From: an uncultured bacterium
GTDB lineage: Bacteria; Desulfobacterota; DSM-4660; Desulfatiglandales; CALKZT01
Direction: 5' to 3'
Assembly (NCBI GenBank): GCA_938002815.1
Contig: CALKZT010000027.1
Coordinates: 6,492 to 70,491, forward strand
DNA: 64,000 nt
The translations under genes were made by a program, and so were the position numbers. The notes under the pieces were generated by a model, which saw only the letters and a program-made list of their open reading frames with translations, was not told the origin of the DNA and made no database searches. Positions 9,425 through 18,684 of the stretch are shown here, piece by piece (position 1 is the first letter of the stretch; every line of letters starts with the position of its first letter).

Positions 9425-10768
9425 ATGAAAAAAGGGCTTTTCGTAGCAGTCATGCTCCTACTTGCCCTGGTCCTTGGGGCCACAGAGGACCCCATGGCAG
9501 CGGTAAACCAAAGATGCCTAGTCTGCCACCAGGATTACAAAGACATGCAAAACATCGTAGCAGGTGAGTTCAAGAGCCGTTCCCAGAAGGCAGGCACTAT
9601 TACAGTGGATGCGGGAGCTTCCATGGAGGTGTTAAAGATAAGCGATGACATTAAGATCAAGAACTTAACCCACCTAAATGAACTAAAAGAGTCCATTCCC
9701 GTTCTTGTAAGGTATCAGAAAAAGGGAGAGGAATTGATTGGTGTCGAACTTATAGCCAAACCCAAGTTCGAGGTCCCCGAAAATCAGCTCATGAAGTTAG
9801 ACGATTTAAAGGCCCTTGTTCAAAAAGGCCCAGAGACAGGAAACTATCTTTTAGTGGACTCCAGGCCTGCCAACCTCTTTGAGGCCGGACATATCCCCAC
9901 GGCCATAAACATCCCTTTCCCAAAGATGAAAGAAATGCTTGGCTTGCTCCCCAAAGAAAAGGACAAACTTGTTATCTTCTACTGCCAAGGTGTAAGGTGT
10001 GTGCTCTCCCCAATGGCAGCCAAACTGGCAGCCAAAGAGGGGTACACCAATGTGAAGGTCTTTCATGAAGGTTTACCGGTCTGGCAAGAGGCAGGGCTAC
10101 CAATCATCGTAAAACCCGAATTTGTTAGAAAGACCTTAGGCTACCTGGTATTAATAGATACAAGGGGAGTAGAGGCAGCCAAAGCTGGCCACATTCAGGG
10201 GGCTGTGGCCATTAGCCTTGAGGAGATCCCAAAAGAGAAGACTCAGTTCCCATTAGACAAGAAGGCCCACATCATCTTCTATGGTGAAGACACCTCCCTG
10301 GCCAAGCTCTCCCCCATAATCAAGGAGGTCTCCTCTTGGGGTTATAGCAACCTGGGAATCCTTGAAGGGGGATATAAGGAGTGGGTGAAAAACAGTGGCC
10401 CTATACAGAAGGACCTGGTACAGACAAAGATCTTCTATATCCCAAGGCCAAAACCTGGGGAGATCACAGGCGATGAATTTATGAATATTGCAAAGACAAA
10501 ACCCCAAGATAAGATAGTCCTGGACGTCAGGTCCAAACAGGAAGCAGCCGCCGGGATGATAGAGGGTGCAATAAATATCCCGTTAGATGAGCTCCAAACC
10601 AGACTAAAAGAGCTTCCCAAGGATAAGGAGATCATCATCCATTGCTCCACAGGTCTAAGGGCAGAGATGGCCTATAACATAGTACGGAATGCCGGTCTAA
10701 ACGCCAGGTTCCTAAATGACAAAGTAGCGGTCTTGGAGAAAAAGCTCATCTGCTGTTTTAAAGAGTAA
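9425..10768 (+). CDS. secreted protein: N-terminal CXXCH (c-type heme motif) domain + three rhodanese domains
   Basis: Signal peptide MKKGLFVAVMLLLALVLGA, then the CLVCH motif. Three rhodanese-like units follow, with active-site loops FYCQGVRC (unit 1), no Cys (FYGEDTS, unit 2) and HCSTGLRA (unit 3). RBS GAGGAGG lies upstream. Confidence 0.7.
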   Translation: MKKGLFVAVMLLLALVLGATEDPMAAVNQRCLVCHQDYKDMQNIVAGEFKSRSQKAGTITVDAGASMEVLKISDDIKIKNLTHLNELKESIPVLVRYQKKGEELIGVELIAKPKFEVPENQLMKLDDLKALVQKGPETGNYLLVDSRPANLFEAGHIPTAINIPFPKMKEMLGLLPKEKDKLVIFYCQGVRCVLSPMAAKLAAKEGYTNVKVFHEGLPVWQEAGLPIIVKPEFVRKTLGYLVLIDTRGVEAAKAGHIQGAVAISLEEIPKEKTQFPLDKKAHIIFYGEDTSLAKLSPIIKEVSSWGYSNLGILEGGYKEWVKNSGPIQKDLVQTKIFYIPRPKPGEITGDEFMNIAKTKPQDKIVLDVRSKQEAAAGMIEGAINIPLDELQTRLKELPKDKEIIIHCSTGLRAEMAYNIVRNAGLNARFLNDKVAVLEKKLICCFKE

Positions 10769-10780
10769 GTACTTCTGTGG

Positions 10781-10808
10781 AGGCCGGGTCTTAGGCCCGG
10801 CCTTTTTA
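10781..10808 (+). terminator. rho-independent terminator after the rhodanese gene
   Basis: AGGCCGGG-TCTTAGG-CCCGGCCT forms an 8-bp GC-rich stem and is followed by TTTTT. Confidence 0.75.
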
Positions 10809-10908
10809 TCTATTCAATGAGATCTTTTCTATTCAATACCTGTGGACATACGCATGGAAATTTTGGTGGAACAACTCCATTAGATTTTGCTCATGAGTCC
10901 AATCAAAA

Positions 10909-11802
10909 ATGAGGGAAAAAGTCTTAATAGTCAGATTAGGGGCACTTGGTGATACACTAGTGTGTCTGCCATGTATAATGGCATTAAAAGAGAGATACGA
11001 GGTACATTTTTTAGGGAGAAGCCCAGCGATACTTTACCTTAAGCCTTATATTTCAAATACTTATGATGTAGAATCTCAGGAATGGAATGGTCTTTTTTGT
11101 GAAATACCCAAAATACAAAGAGATCAAATAGATCACTTTGACACTATCGTTGCTTTCATAAGTACCTACAGAGATCTTTTTGAAAAAAATTTGGCTAAGG
11201 TTTTTAGAAACTCTAAAATCCACATATTTCCTAGCCTTCCTGCCTCAGATCAAAGACAAATTCACATTATAAAATATATTTTAGCATCACTCCAAGAATC
11301 AGGTTTAGATATAAAGCCAGATCATGTGAGATCCATTATCAGAAAGGGGCTTTTCAAATATAACGGCGATGCTCCAATAGTCTTATACCATTTAGGATCT
11401 GGTTCCCCAAAAAAGAATCTGGATCTATACATTTGGCTTAAAATAAAACAATTGTTAGGAACCATGTTTCCGGACAAGAAGCACCTGTTCGTTATAGGCC
11501 CTGACGAAACAGAAACAAAAGAGAAGATAAGATTAATGTTTCCCTCTGAAGAACTCTTTTATAGCCATAGTTTAGAACAACTCACGGATCTCCTCCAAAA
11601 GACCTATCTCTATCTGGGCCATGATTCTGGCCCAACACACTATTCAGCCCTTCTTGGTATACCTACTCTTGCTCTATTTAAGTGGAGTTCTGTAAAGATA
11701 TGGAGACCAGTGGGTAGGGCGGTAAAGGTCCTTAAGCTCTTGCCCAGGATAGATCCCTTAAAGGCCATACCTAAGACTGTCTCCAAATTCTTCCAGGGCT
11801 AA
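10909..11802 (+). CDS. glycosyltransferase family 9 protein (heptosyltransferase-like)
   Basis: N-terminal VLIVRLGALGDTLVCLPCIMAL and C-terminal GHDSGPTHYSALLGIPTLALF are GT9 hallmarks. The gene is AT-rich. Confidence 0.7.
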   Translation: MREKVLIVRLGALGDTLVCLPCIMALKERYEVHFLGRSPAILYLKPYISNTYDVESQEWNGLFCEIPKIQRDQIDHFDTIVAFISTYRDLFEKNLAKVFRNSKIHIFPSLPASDQRQIHIIKYILASLQESGLDIKPDHVRSIIRKGLFKYNGDAPIVLYHLGSGSPKKNLDLYIWLKIKQLLGTMFPDKKHLFVIGPDETETKEKIRLMFPSEELFYSHSLEQLTDLLQKTYLYLGHDSGPTHYSALLGIPTLALFKWSSVKIWRPVGRAVKVLKLLPRIDPLKAIPKTVSKFFQG

Positions 11803-11861
11803 AGTTTTATATTGCCATAGGAGAGGGAGTGTACAATTATTGGGCCCAAACCCATTCCTAA

Positions 11862-13154
<1,293 letters not shown>

Positions 13155-13179
13155 GGAAGAGGGGGGGTAGCCCCCCTTC

Positions 13180-13545
13180 CTATCCCTCTCCTCGCATCTG
13201 CTTCTTTTCTATGGCCTTTTTTACCCTTTCCTGCTTTTTGGTCTCCTTTTTCTGCTGCCTCTTGCTGGGCCCGGTCTCTTCTAAATCTCCTTTTACCTCT
13301 TTGGCCTTTTCCTTCTCTATCCTCTTTTGTTCCTTCTGGGCCCTCACACTCTCATAGGTCCCTCTAATCCTGTTTATGGCCTCTATCCGCTCGTTGATCT
13401 CCCTTAAATCTGCCTTGAGTTTCCTCAAAATGGGATCCTTCTGGAGATCTTTCCCCGCGGACTTGAGCGCCTCTGCCCTTGCCCGGATGTCTTCTTCCAG
13501 GATGGCCCTTTGCCTGAGTCTGGTCTCCAATTTCTTTGAAGTCAT
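13180..13545 (-). CDS. hypothetical highly charged coiled-coil protein
   Basis: ORF 13180..13581. Probable start is ATG 13545, preceded by GGGGGAG. Lys/Glu/Arg-rich heptad-like sequence with no recognisable domain. Confidence 0.5.
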   Translation of the reverse strand: MTSKKLETRLRQRAILEEDIRARAEALKSAGKDLQKDPILRKLKADLREINERIEAINRIRGTYESVRAQKEQKRIEKEKAKEVKGDLEETGPSKRQQKKETKKQERVKKAIEKKQMRGEG

Positions 13546-13591
13546 GTCTCCCCCTTTGAGCCTTGAAATTTTTCTCACCACCGTCTATCTA

Positions 13592-14524
13592 ATGACAAAC
13601 ATGGGAGCAAAATACTATAGATCCCTTTCCCCCCTTGTCAACTGGCTTGACACCAAAAGGCCCATTAACTGGAGGGACTTATTTGGTACAGATGGGCCTC
13701 TCTGTGTGGAGATAGGTTTTGGTCAAGGCCATTATATTGTGAATAGGGCAAAAGGAGAGCCCGAAACCCTCTTTTTGGGCATAGAAAACAGCTGGATACC
13801 ACTTAAGATGTGCCTTAGAAAGATTGGCGAACTGGGGCTCAAAAATTTGAGGCTTGTACTGTGTGATGCCAGGGATGCCCTTTTGCGGTTGTTTGAAGAA
13901 AGGAGTATAGACGAGATCATCTGCCTGTTCCCATGCCCCTGGCCGAAGGAAAGGCACAAAAAGAGACGGCTTTTTTCTTCAGCCTTTATGAGACTTATGA
14001 ATAGCAGGTTGAAGGATACCGGGCAGGCCACAGTGGTGACAGACCACCTGCAATTCAAAGAGTGGGTAAAGGAAAATGCGAAAGAGGGTGGTTTTCTGGT
14101 AGATGAACGTATGGTTCCACCCTTCTTTAATACAAAGTACGAAAAAAAATGGTTTGCAACCGGCCAAAGTCAGTTCTATCATCTGCACCTCAAGAAAGTA
14201 ATGCATCAGGAACTCCCTGTTTTGGAGGATGTGGAGTTGCAGATCCTAAGGACAAATCAGTTAAACTTAGAGGCATTAGAGCCTTTTGTACACAATTCTG
14301 AGATAACTGTGAAGGGAGAAGAAATCGTATATGACGAGGCAAAGGGACTCCTAATGGTTAGGTGCCTTGTGGTAGAGGACGGCTTCTTACAGCATCTCTG
14401 GATCGAAGTTAGAAAGAGGGGAGATGAATGGAAGATCTACCCCTCAAAGGGGTCTATGTTTTTGCCCACGAGGGGTGTACAGCTTGCAATGGATTTGATA
14501 TTTCAAAGGTTAACGAGCTCATAA
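13592..14524 (+). CDS. trmB: tRNA (guanine-N7)-methyltransferase with about 100-aa C-terminal extension
   Basis: TrmB-like SAM motif CVEIGFGQGHYIV and the FPCPWPKERHKKRR motif. The first 72 codons of track ORF 13376..14524 are antisense to the coiled-coil gene, so the start was moved to ATG 13592. Confidence 0.75.
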   Translation: MTNMGAKYYRSLSPLVNWLDTKRPINWRDLFGTDGPLCVEIGFGQGHYIVNRAKGEPETLFLGIENSWIPLKMCLRKIGELGLKNLRLVLCDARDALLRLFEERSIDEIICLFPCPWPKERHKKRRLFSSAFMRLMNSRLKDTGQATVVTDHLQFKEWVKENAKEGGFLVDERMVPPFFNTKYEKKWFATGQSQFYHLHLKKVMHQELPVLEDVELQILRTNQLNLEALEPFVHNSEITVKGEEIVYDEAKGLLMVRCLVVEDGFLQHLWIEVRKRGDEWKIYPSKGSMFLPTRGVQLAMDLIFQRLTSS

Positions 14525-14545
14525 GCCCACTACTGCTTTCCTCCC

Positions 14546-15265
14546 ATGATAATACAGGTATATGAGATACAGACCCTAAAAGAGGCACAAAGGTGCGTCG
14601 ATCTGGGCATTGATCACATAGGCTCTGTACTGATAAATCCGGATAATATACCGAAAGAACTCTTAAAAGTAAGAGAATATGTTATTTCTTCAGGAAATAG
14701 CTGGAGCCTTATTCCCCTTATAAGGGACAAGGAACTTTTATTGAAATCTGTTAAGTTCTTTAAGCCAAGTATAGTGCATCTGTGTGATGATATTACAAAA
14801 AATAGGGAAGGATCAAAATTACTGCAATTGAGGCTCAAAGAATCTTTGGCAGACATAAAGATAATGAGGACCTTACCTGTACCTGTTGGTTATGGCAATA
14901 TGGATTTTATTGAAGAACTTTTATCAGACTTTGAAGAATCTTCTGATTTCTTTTTATTGGATACATGGGTTGATGAGGCTCCTGTGCAAAATTACATAGG
15001 AATCACAGGCAGAACATGTAATTGGGACATAGCAAAACAAATTATCGAGGCCTCCAAGAAGCCTTGTATCCTTGCAGGGGGGCTTAGTCCAGAAAATGTA
15101 TACAATGCAATAACATACGTTAGACCATATGGTGTTGATACCTGTACCCAAACAAATAGGAGGGATTCAAAAGGGAATGTCATACGATTTCAAAAAGACT
15201 TTGTTAAACTCGAGAAGTTTGTAAAAGAAGCAAGGAGAGGATTTAGGGATAATGAACTACATTAG
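14546..15265 (+). CDS. phosphoribosylanthranilate isomerase (TrpF)-like TIM-barrel protein
   Basis: FLLDT...GITGRTCNWD and ILAGGLSPENVYNAITYVRPYGVDT align with TrpF C-terminal phosphate-binding motifs. The N-terminus (IIQVYEIQ) lacks the usual K-I-C-G catalytic Cys. No other trp genes are adjacent. Confidence 0.5.
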   Translation: MIIQVYEIQTLKEAQRCVDLGIDHIGSVLINPDNIPKELLKVREYVISSGNSWSLIPLIRDKELLLKSVKFFKPSIVHLCDDITKNREGSKLLQLRLKESLADIKIMRTLPVPVGYGNMDFIEELLSDFEESSDFFLLDTWVDEAPVQNYIGITGRTCNWDIAKQIIEASKKPCILAGGLSPENVYNAITYVRPYGVDTCTQTNRRDSKGNVIRFQKDFVKLEKFVKEARRGFRDNELH

Positions 15266-16157
15266 GATTTTATGCTGTGCCATAATCTTGATCTCTGTGT
15301 CCTTGGCTGAAGGAGAGGCCTTCACTTTTAGATATAACCTTCCTCCGACCCTGAAAGATATCCATAGGTTTAACACACTGGTAGGTAGCATCAGTTACCA
15401 TCAGGTCAGACCCAAGGAGACTTTTTTAGACATCGCAAGGAATTACGGCCTTGGTTTTAACGAGCTTGAAGATTTATATCCTGGCATGGATCCGTGGATC
15501 CCTCCCCCTAACACAGAGATACTTTTGCCTACACAATGGCTGTTGCCCCTTGTAGAAGACCCCGAGATTGTTATCAACGTGGCGGAGATGCGCCTCTACT
15601 ATTTCAGAAAAGAAAAGGGACTTGTGGAGACTTACCCTATAGGTATTGGAGATATCGGTTATGAGACCCCTGTCGGCTCATACAAGGTGGTACAGAAGAG
15701 AAAAAACCCTTATTGGTATGTGCCAAAGTCCCTATGGAACGAGACAACAGAAAGGGTAGTTCCACCTGGTCCAGACAATCCCCTCGGAGAGTACTGGCTT
15801 GGCCTCTCCCTGGAGGCTTACGGAATCCATGGAACCAACTTCCCTTGGGCCATAGGGAGGCTGGTAACCCTGGGATGCATCAGACTCTATCCTGAGCACA
15901 TAAAGCTCTTGTATGAAAAGGTGGCCTTGGGTACAAAGGTCAAGATGATCTATGAACCCCTGAAGGTCGGTTTTAGTAGAGGAATGATATTTGTAGAGGT
16001 ACATTCTGACAGGTATTCCAAAAAAAAGGATCTGAAGGGGGAATTTTTTTCCAAGGTAAAGAATCTGGGTATCAATTATTATGTTGACGAAGCGGAATTA
16101 TTAAAAGTAATATACGCACACGATGGTGTCCCCCACATGGTGGGTTATATCAAGTAA
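15252..16157 (+). CDS. L,D-transpeptidase (LysM-like + YkuD catalytic + ErfK-type C-terminal domain)
   Basis: Signal peptide and a LysM-like segment (YHQVRPKETFLDIARNYGLGFNELEDLYPG). Catalytic motif HGTNFPWAIGRLVTLGCIRL. C-terminal KMIYEPLKVGF...IFVEVH resembles the C-domain of enterobacterial Ldts. Confidence 0.85.
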   Translation: MNYIRILCCAIILISVSLAEGEAFTFRYNLPPTLKDIHRFNTLVGSISYHQVRPKETFLDIARNYGLGFNELEDLYPGMDPWIPPPNTEILLPTQWLLPLVEDPEIVINVAEMRLYYFRKEKGLVETYPIGIGDIGYETPVGSYKVVQKRKNPYWYVPKSLWNETTERVVPPGPDNPLGEYWLGLSLEAYGIHGTNFPWAIGRLVTLGCIRLYPEHIKLLYEKVALGTKVKMIYEPLKVGFSRGMIFVEVHSDRYSKKKDLKGEFFSKVKNLGINYYVDEAELLKVIYAHDGVPHMVGYIK

Positions 16158-16275
16158 TTGAGAGAGGGGAGGTGGAAGCCAGGATAAATAGGTGAGAGTT
16201 CAGAAAGTTCTGGGTCTCGGTTTCGGGTTTTTTTGGGTTTAATATTCCATGAGTAAACGCAGGAGGAAAGAGAGA

Positions 16276-16722
16276 ATGAGAAACGCAAAGGTTTTGGTTG
16301 CAGTAGTTGCAGTTTTGATGTTAGTGGGCCTTGGGTTTAGTGGCTGCGCTTCCATAGGCCAGGTAAAGCAATTAGAGAGCAAAGTGGCGGCCTTGGAAAG
16401 CAAACATGACAAAGACATAGCCGCTGCCAAAGCTGATCTTGCAAAGCAGGCACAGGCTGCTCAGGCCGCTGCTGACCAGGCAGTGAAGGCCGCTGACATG
16501 GCAAAGAAATCTGCTGAGGCCGCCGATGCAGCTGCAAAGAAGGCAGAAGCCGCTGCACAGAAGTGTGAGGCCGTCTTCGGGAAGACCATAAAGAAGGCCC
16601 CTGCCAAAGCTCCGGCTCCGGCTCCGGCTAAGGCTAAGGCCCCTGCTAAGGCAGCTCCGGCTAAGGCCCCTGCCAAAGCTCCAGCTCCGGCTCCAGCAGA
16701 GAAACCCGCTGAGGGAAAGTAA
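16276..16722 (+). CDS. Braun lipoprotein (Lpp)-like alanine-zipper lipoprotein with Pro/Ala/Lys tail and C-terminal Lys
   Basis: ATG 16276 lies 8 nt after AGGAGGA. Lipobox LGFSGC. Lpp-like coiled coil QVKQLESKVAALESKHDKDIAAAKADL..., then an (A/P/K)n tail. The last residue is Lys. Confidence 0.7.
   Translation: MRNAKVLVAVVAVLMLVGLGFSGCASIGQVKQLESKVAALESKHDKDIAAAKADLAKQAQAAQAAADQAVKAADMAKKSAEAADAAAKKAEAAAQKCEAVFGKTIKKAPAKAPAPAPAKAKAPAKAAPAKAPAKAPAPAPAEKPAEGK
16597..16698 (+). repeat. low-complexity tandem coding repeat (APAK/APAP units)
   Basis: The DNA carries near-identical copies of gcccctgccaaagctcc(g/a)gctccggctcc at about 16596 and about 16664. It encodes APAKAPAPAPAKAKAPAKAAPAKAPAKAPAPAPA. 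Confidence 0.8.
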
Positions 16723-16733
16723 GATAGAAGATT

Positions 16734-16765
16734 AAAAGGGGGGGCAGATTTCTGCCCCCTTTTTG
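16734..16765. terminator. bidirectional rho-independent terminator between convergent genes
   Basis: AAAA-GGGGGCAG-ATTT-CTGCCCCC-TTTTT. An 8-bp GC stem is flanked by an A-run and a T-run, so it can terminate both strands. Confidence 0.8.
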
Positions 16766-16771
16766 TGCTAT

Positions 16772-17230
16772 TTACCTCCTCGCCTCCCTAAGGGCGTTCC
16801 AATCCACTTGGTCCCTGGGATAGGCCTTTACCTCTAAGACTATATGCCCCCATCCACCGCACATGGGACCCACGTCAAAACACCCTGTTCTATTAAATAT
16901 CACCTCATTGGGATCTCTTCCGTTCATAAGATTCTCAAAAAAGACATTTATGAGAGCCACCAGATTCGGAAAAATAAAGGAGCAGACCCTTTCCGGTCCA
17001 TATTTCGAAAGGAGGTTCCCCGCAGAGTCAAAGTAAAAACGCTGGCCTTTGGTGTGACCAGAATGGCACCCTTTGGATTCCACCACCTCTGCCACAATGG
17101 TGTACTGGGATGCAGGTATTGCGTTCTTAAAGAGTTTCTCGAACCTTGGGTTCTCCTTTATACCCTTGAATTCCTCGGGTTCAAGGGAAAGCCTTTTTTG
17201 GAGTATCTCTATAAAGTCCATATCTGCCAT
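16772..17230 (-). CDS. hypothetical Cys/His-containing protein (resembles TIGR04076-type small proteins, with N-terminal extension)
   Basis: Pattern GCHSGHTKGQRFYF...RVCSFIFPNL...TGCFDVGPMCGGWGHIVLEV recalls the TIGR04076 family. This is recalled from memory and was not searched. Confidence 0.4.
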   Translation of the reverse strand: MADMDFIEILQKRLSLEPEEFKGIKENPRFEKLFKNAIPASQYTIVAEVVESKGCHSGHTKGQRFYFDSAGNLLSKYGPERVCSFIFPNLVALINVFFENLMNGRDPNEVIFNRTGCFDVGPMCGGWGHIVLEVKAYPRDQVDWNALREARR

Positions 17231-17418
17231 CTCACACCTCCCTTCAGGGATTCTAAGCTTAAAACTAAAAGGCCCTCCGATACTTAGAGCTCTAACTCTA
17301 TGGCCCCCATATGATTTTATGAATCCATATCTAACAGAATATCGGGGTCGAGTCTCTAACTTTTCTAACGCTTAAAGATTCCCTTTGCATTAAATATCAA
17401 TTTTGACATAATGTCCCC

Positions 17419-18684
17419 ATGGGAAAGGTAGAGTACCTAAAGCTAATACATGTGGATGAGGCCTTAGCTCTCATCAGGGAATTCAGACAAGTTGAGGACT
17501 CTTTAGAGCTCCCTTTACCTGAGGCCCTCAACAAGATCTTGGCCCGGTCAATTTATGCCCCTGAGGATCTCCCCCATTTCTCAAGGGCTACCATGGATGG
17601 TTATGCAGTCTTTGCAAGGGATACCTTTGGTGCCTCAAGCTCTTTGCCTTCCATCCTGGAAATCATGGGACATGTTGAAATGGGCAAGGCCCCTCAAATC
17701 AGATTAGAGAAGGGCAAGTGCGCCTCCATAAGCACAGGGGGGATGCTACCAGAGGGCGCAGATGCGGTCTTGATGCTGGAGCACACCCATAGGATAGATG
17801 AGGGGCTGATAGAGGTCTTAAGACCAGTGGCTGTGGGAGAGAATGTAATAGGGGTAGGAGAGGATGTAAAAAGGGGGGAGCTCTTATTGGAACACGGTAG
17901 AAGGCTCTCCCCTGGCGATTTGGGGTTGCTCTCTGCCTTGGGTATAACAAGGGTCCATGTGAAAAGGGGCCTCTCTATAGGTGTAATAAGCACAGGGGAT
18001 GAGGTGGTGGATCCGGAAGAGCTCCCTCCTTTAGGAAAGATAAGGGATGTAAACAGCATTACCGTCTCTTCCATTGTGAGAGCATTGGGGCATAGCCCCC
18101 ACCATCTGGGTAGGGCCAGGGACAACTTTTATGATCTCAAGGCCTTGGTGGAAAGAGCTCTAAATGAGACTGATATCCTATTGATCTCCGGTGGCAGTTC
18201 CATAGGCACCAGGGACCTCACCATCCAGGTGTTGAAATCCTTTGAGGGCTTTAGACTCCTCTGCCATGGCATAATGATAAGTCCTGGGAAACCCACCATA
18301 ATGGGTAACATAGGGGGTAAACCTGTCATGGGGCTCCCGGGCCATGTGGCCTCTGCCTTTGTGATCATGCTGATTATAGTGAGACCACTTATAAATTACA
18401 TCTCTGGGATGAAATGGGAGGAAGCGGTCCGTTATTTCTCCTTTCCTCTAAAGACCTCTAGGAACATAGAATCACAGCCTGGAAGGGAAGACTATGTAAG
18501 GGCAAAGCTTAAGAAGGGCGAAAAAGGATATATGATAGAACCTATATTCGGAAAGTCTGGCCTCATCTCCACCATAGTAGAAGGTGATGGGCTCTTAAAG
18601 ATACCCACTTACTCTGAAGGCGTATATGAGGGTGAGGAGGTAGAGTTCATACCCTTTGGTCCAATTCTGGGAGGGATCCGATGA
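17419..18684 (+). CDS. moeA: molybdopterin molybdenum/tungsten transferase
   Basis: MoeA layout and motifs: SRATMDGYAV, ISTGGMLPEGADAV, ISTGDEV, LISGGSSIGTRD, PGKP. 421 aa. Confidence 0.9.
   Translation: MGKVEYLKLIHVDEALALIREFRQVEDSLELPLPEALNKILARSIYAPEDLPHFSRATMDGYAVFARDTFGASSSLPSILEIMGHVEMGKAPQIRLEKGKCASISTGGMLPEGADAVLMLEHTHRIDEGLIEVLRPVAVGENVIGVGEDVKRGELLLEHGRRLSPGDLGLLSALGITRVHVKRGLSIGVISTGDEVVDPEELPPLGKIRDVNSITVSSIVRALGHSPHHLGRARDNFYDLKALVERALNETDILLISGGSSIGTRDLTIQVLKSFEGFRLLCHGIMISPGKPTIMGNIGGKPVMGLPGHVASAFVIMLIIVRPLINYISGMKWEEAVRYFSFPLKTSRNIESQPGREDYVRAKLKKGEKGYMIEPIFGKSGLISTIVEGDGLLKIPTYSEGVYEGEEVEFIPFGPILGGIR

Noticed and set aside
13376-13591. N-terminal 72 codons of the 382-aa track ORF (13376..14524).
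   Set aside because: This part overlaps the minus-strand coiled-coil gene in antisense, and TrmB homology only begins near ATG 13592. The extension is a consequence of an open frame, not a real N-terminus.
16337-16676. Minus-strand ORFs 16337..16558 and 16461..16676, which are Ala/Gly/Leu-rich.
   Set aside because: They are the reverse-complement reading of the GCN-rich alanine-zipper/PAK repeat gene. The plus-strand product has an RBS, a lipobox and a terminator.
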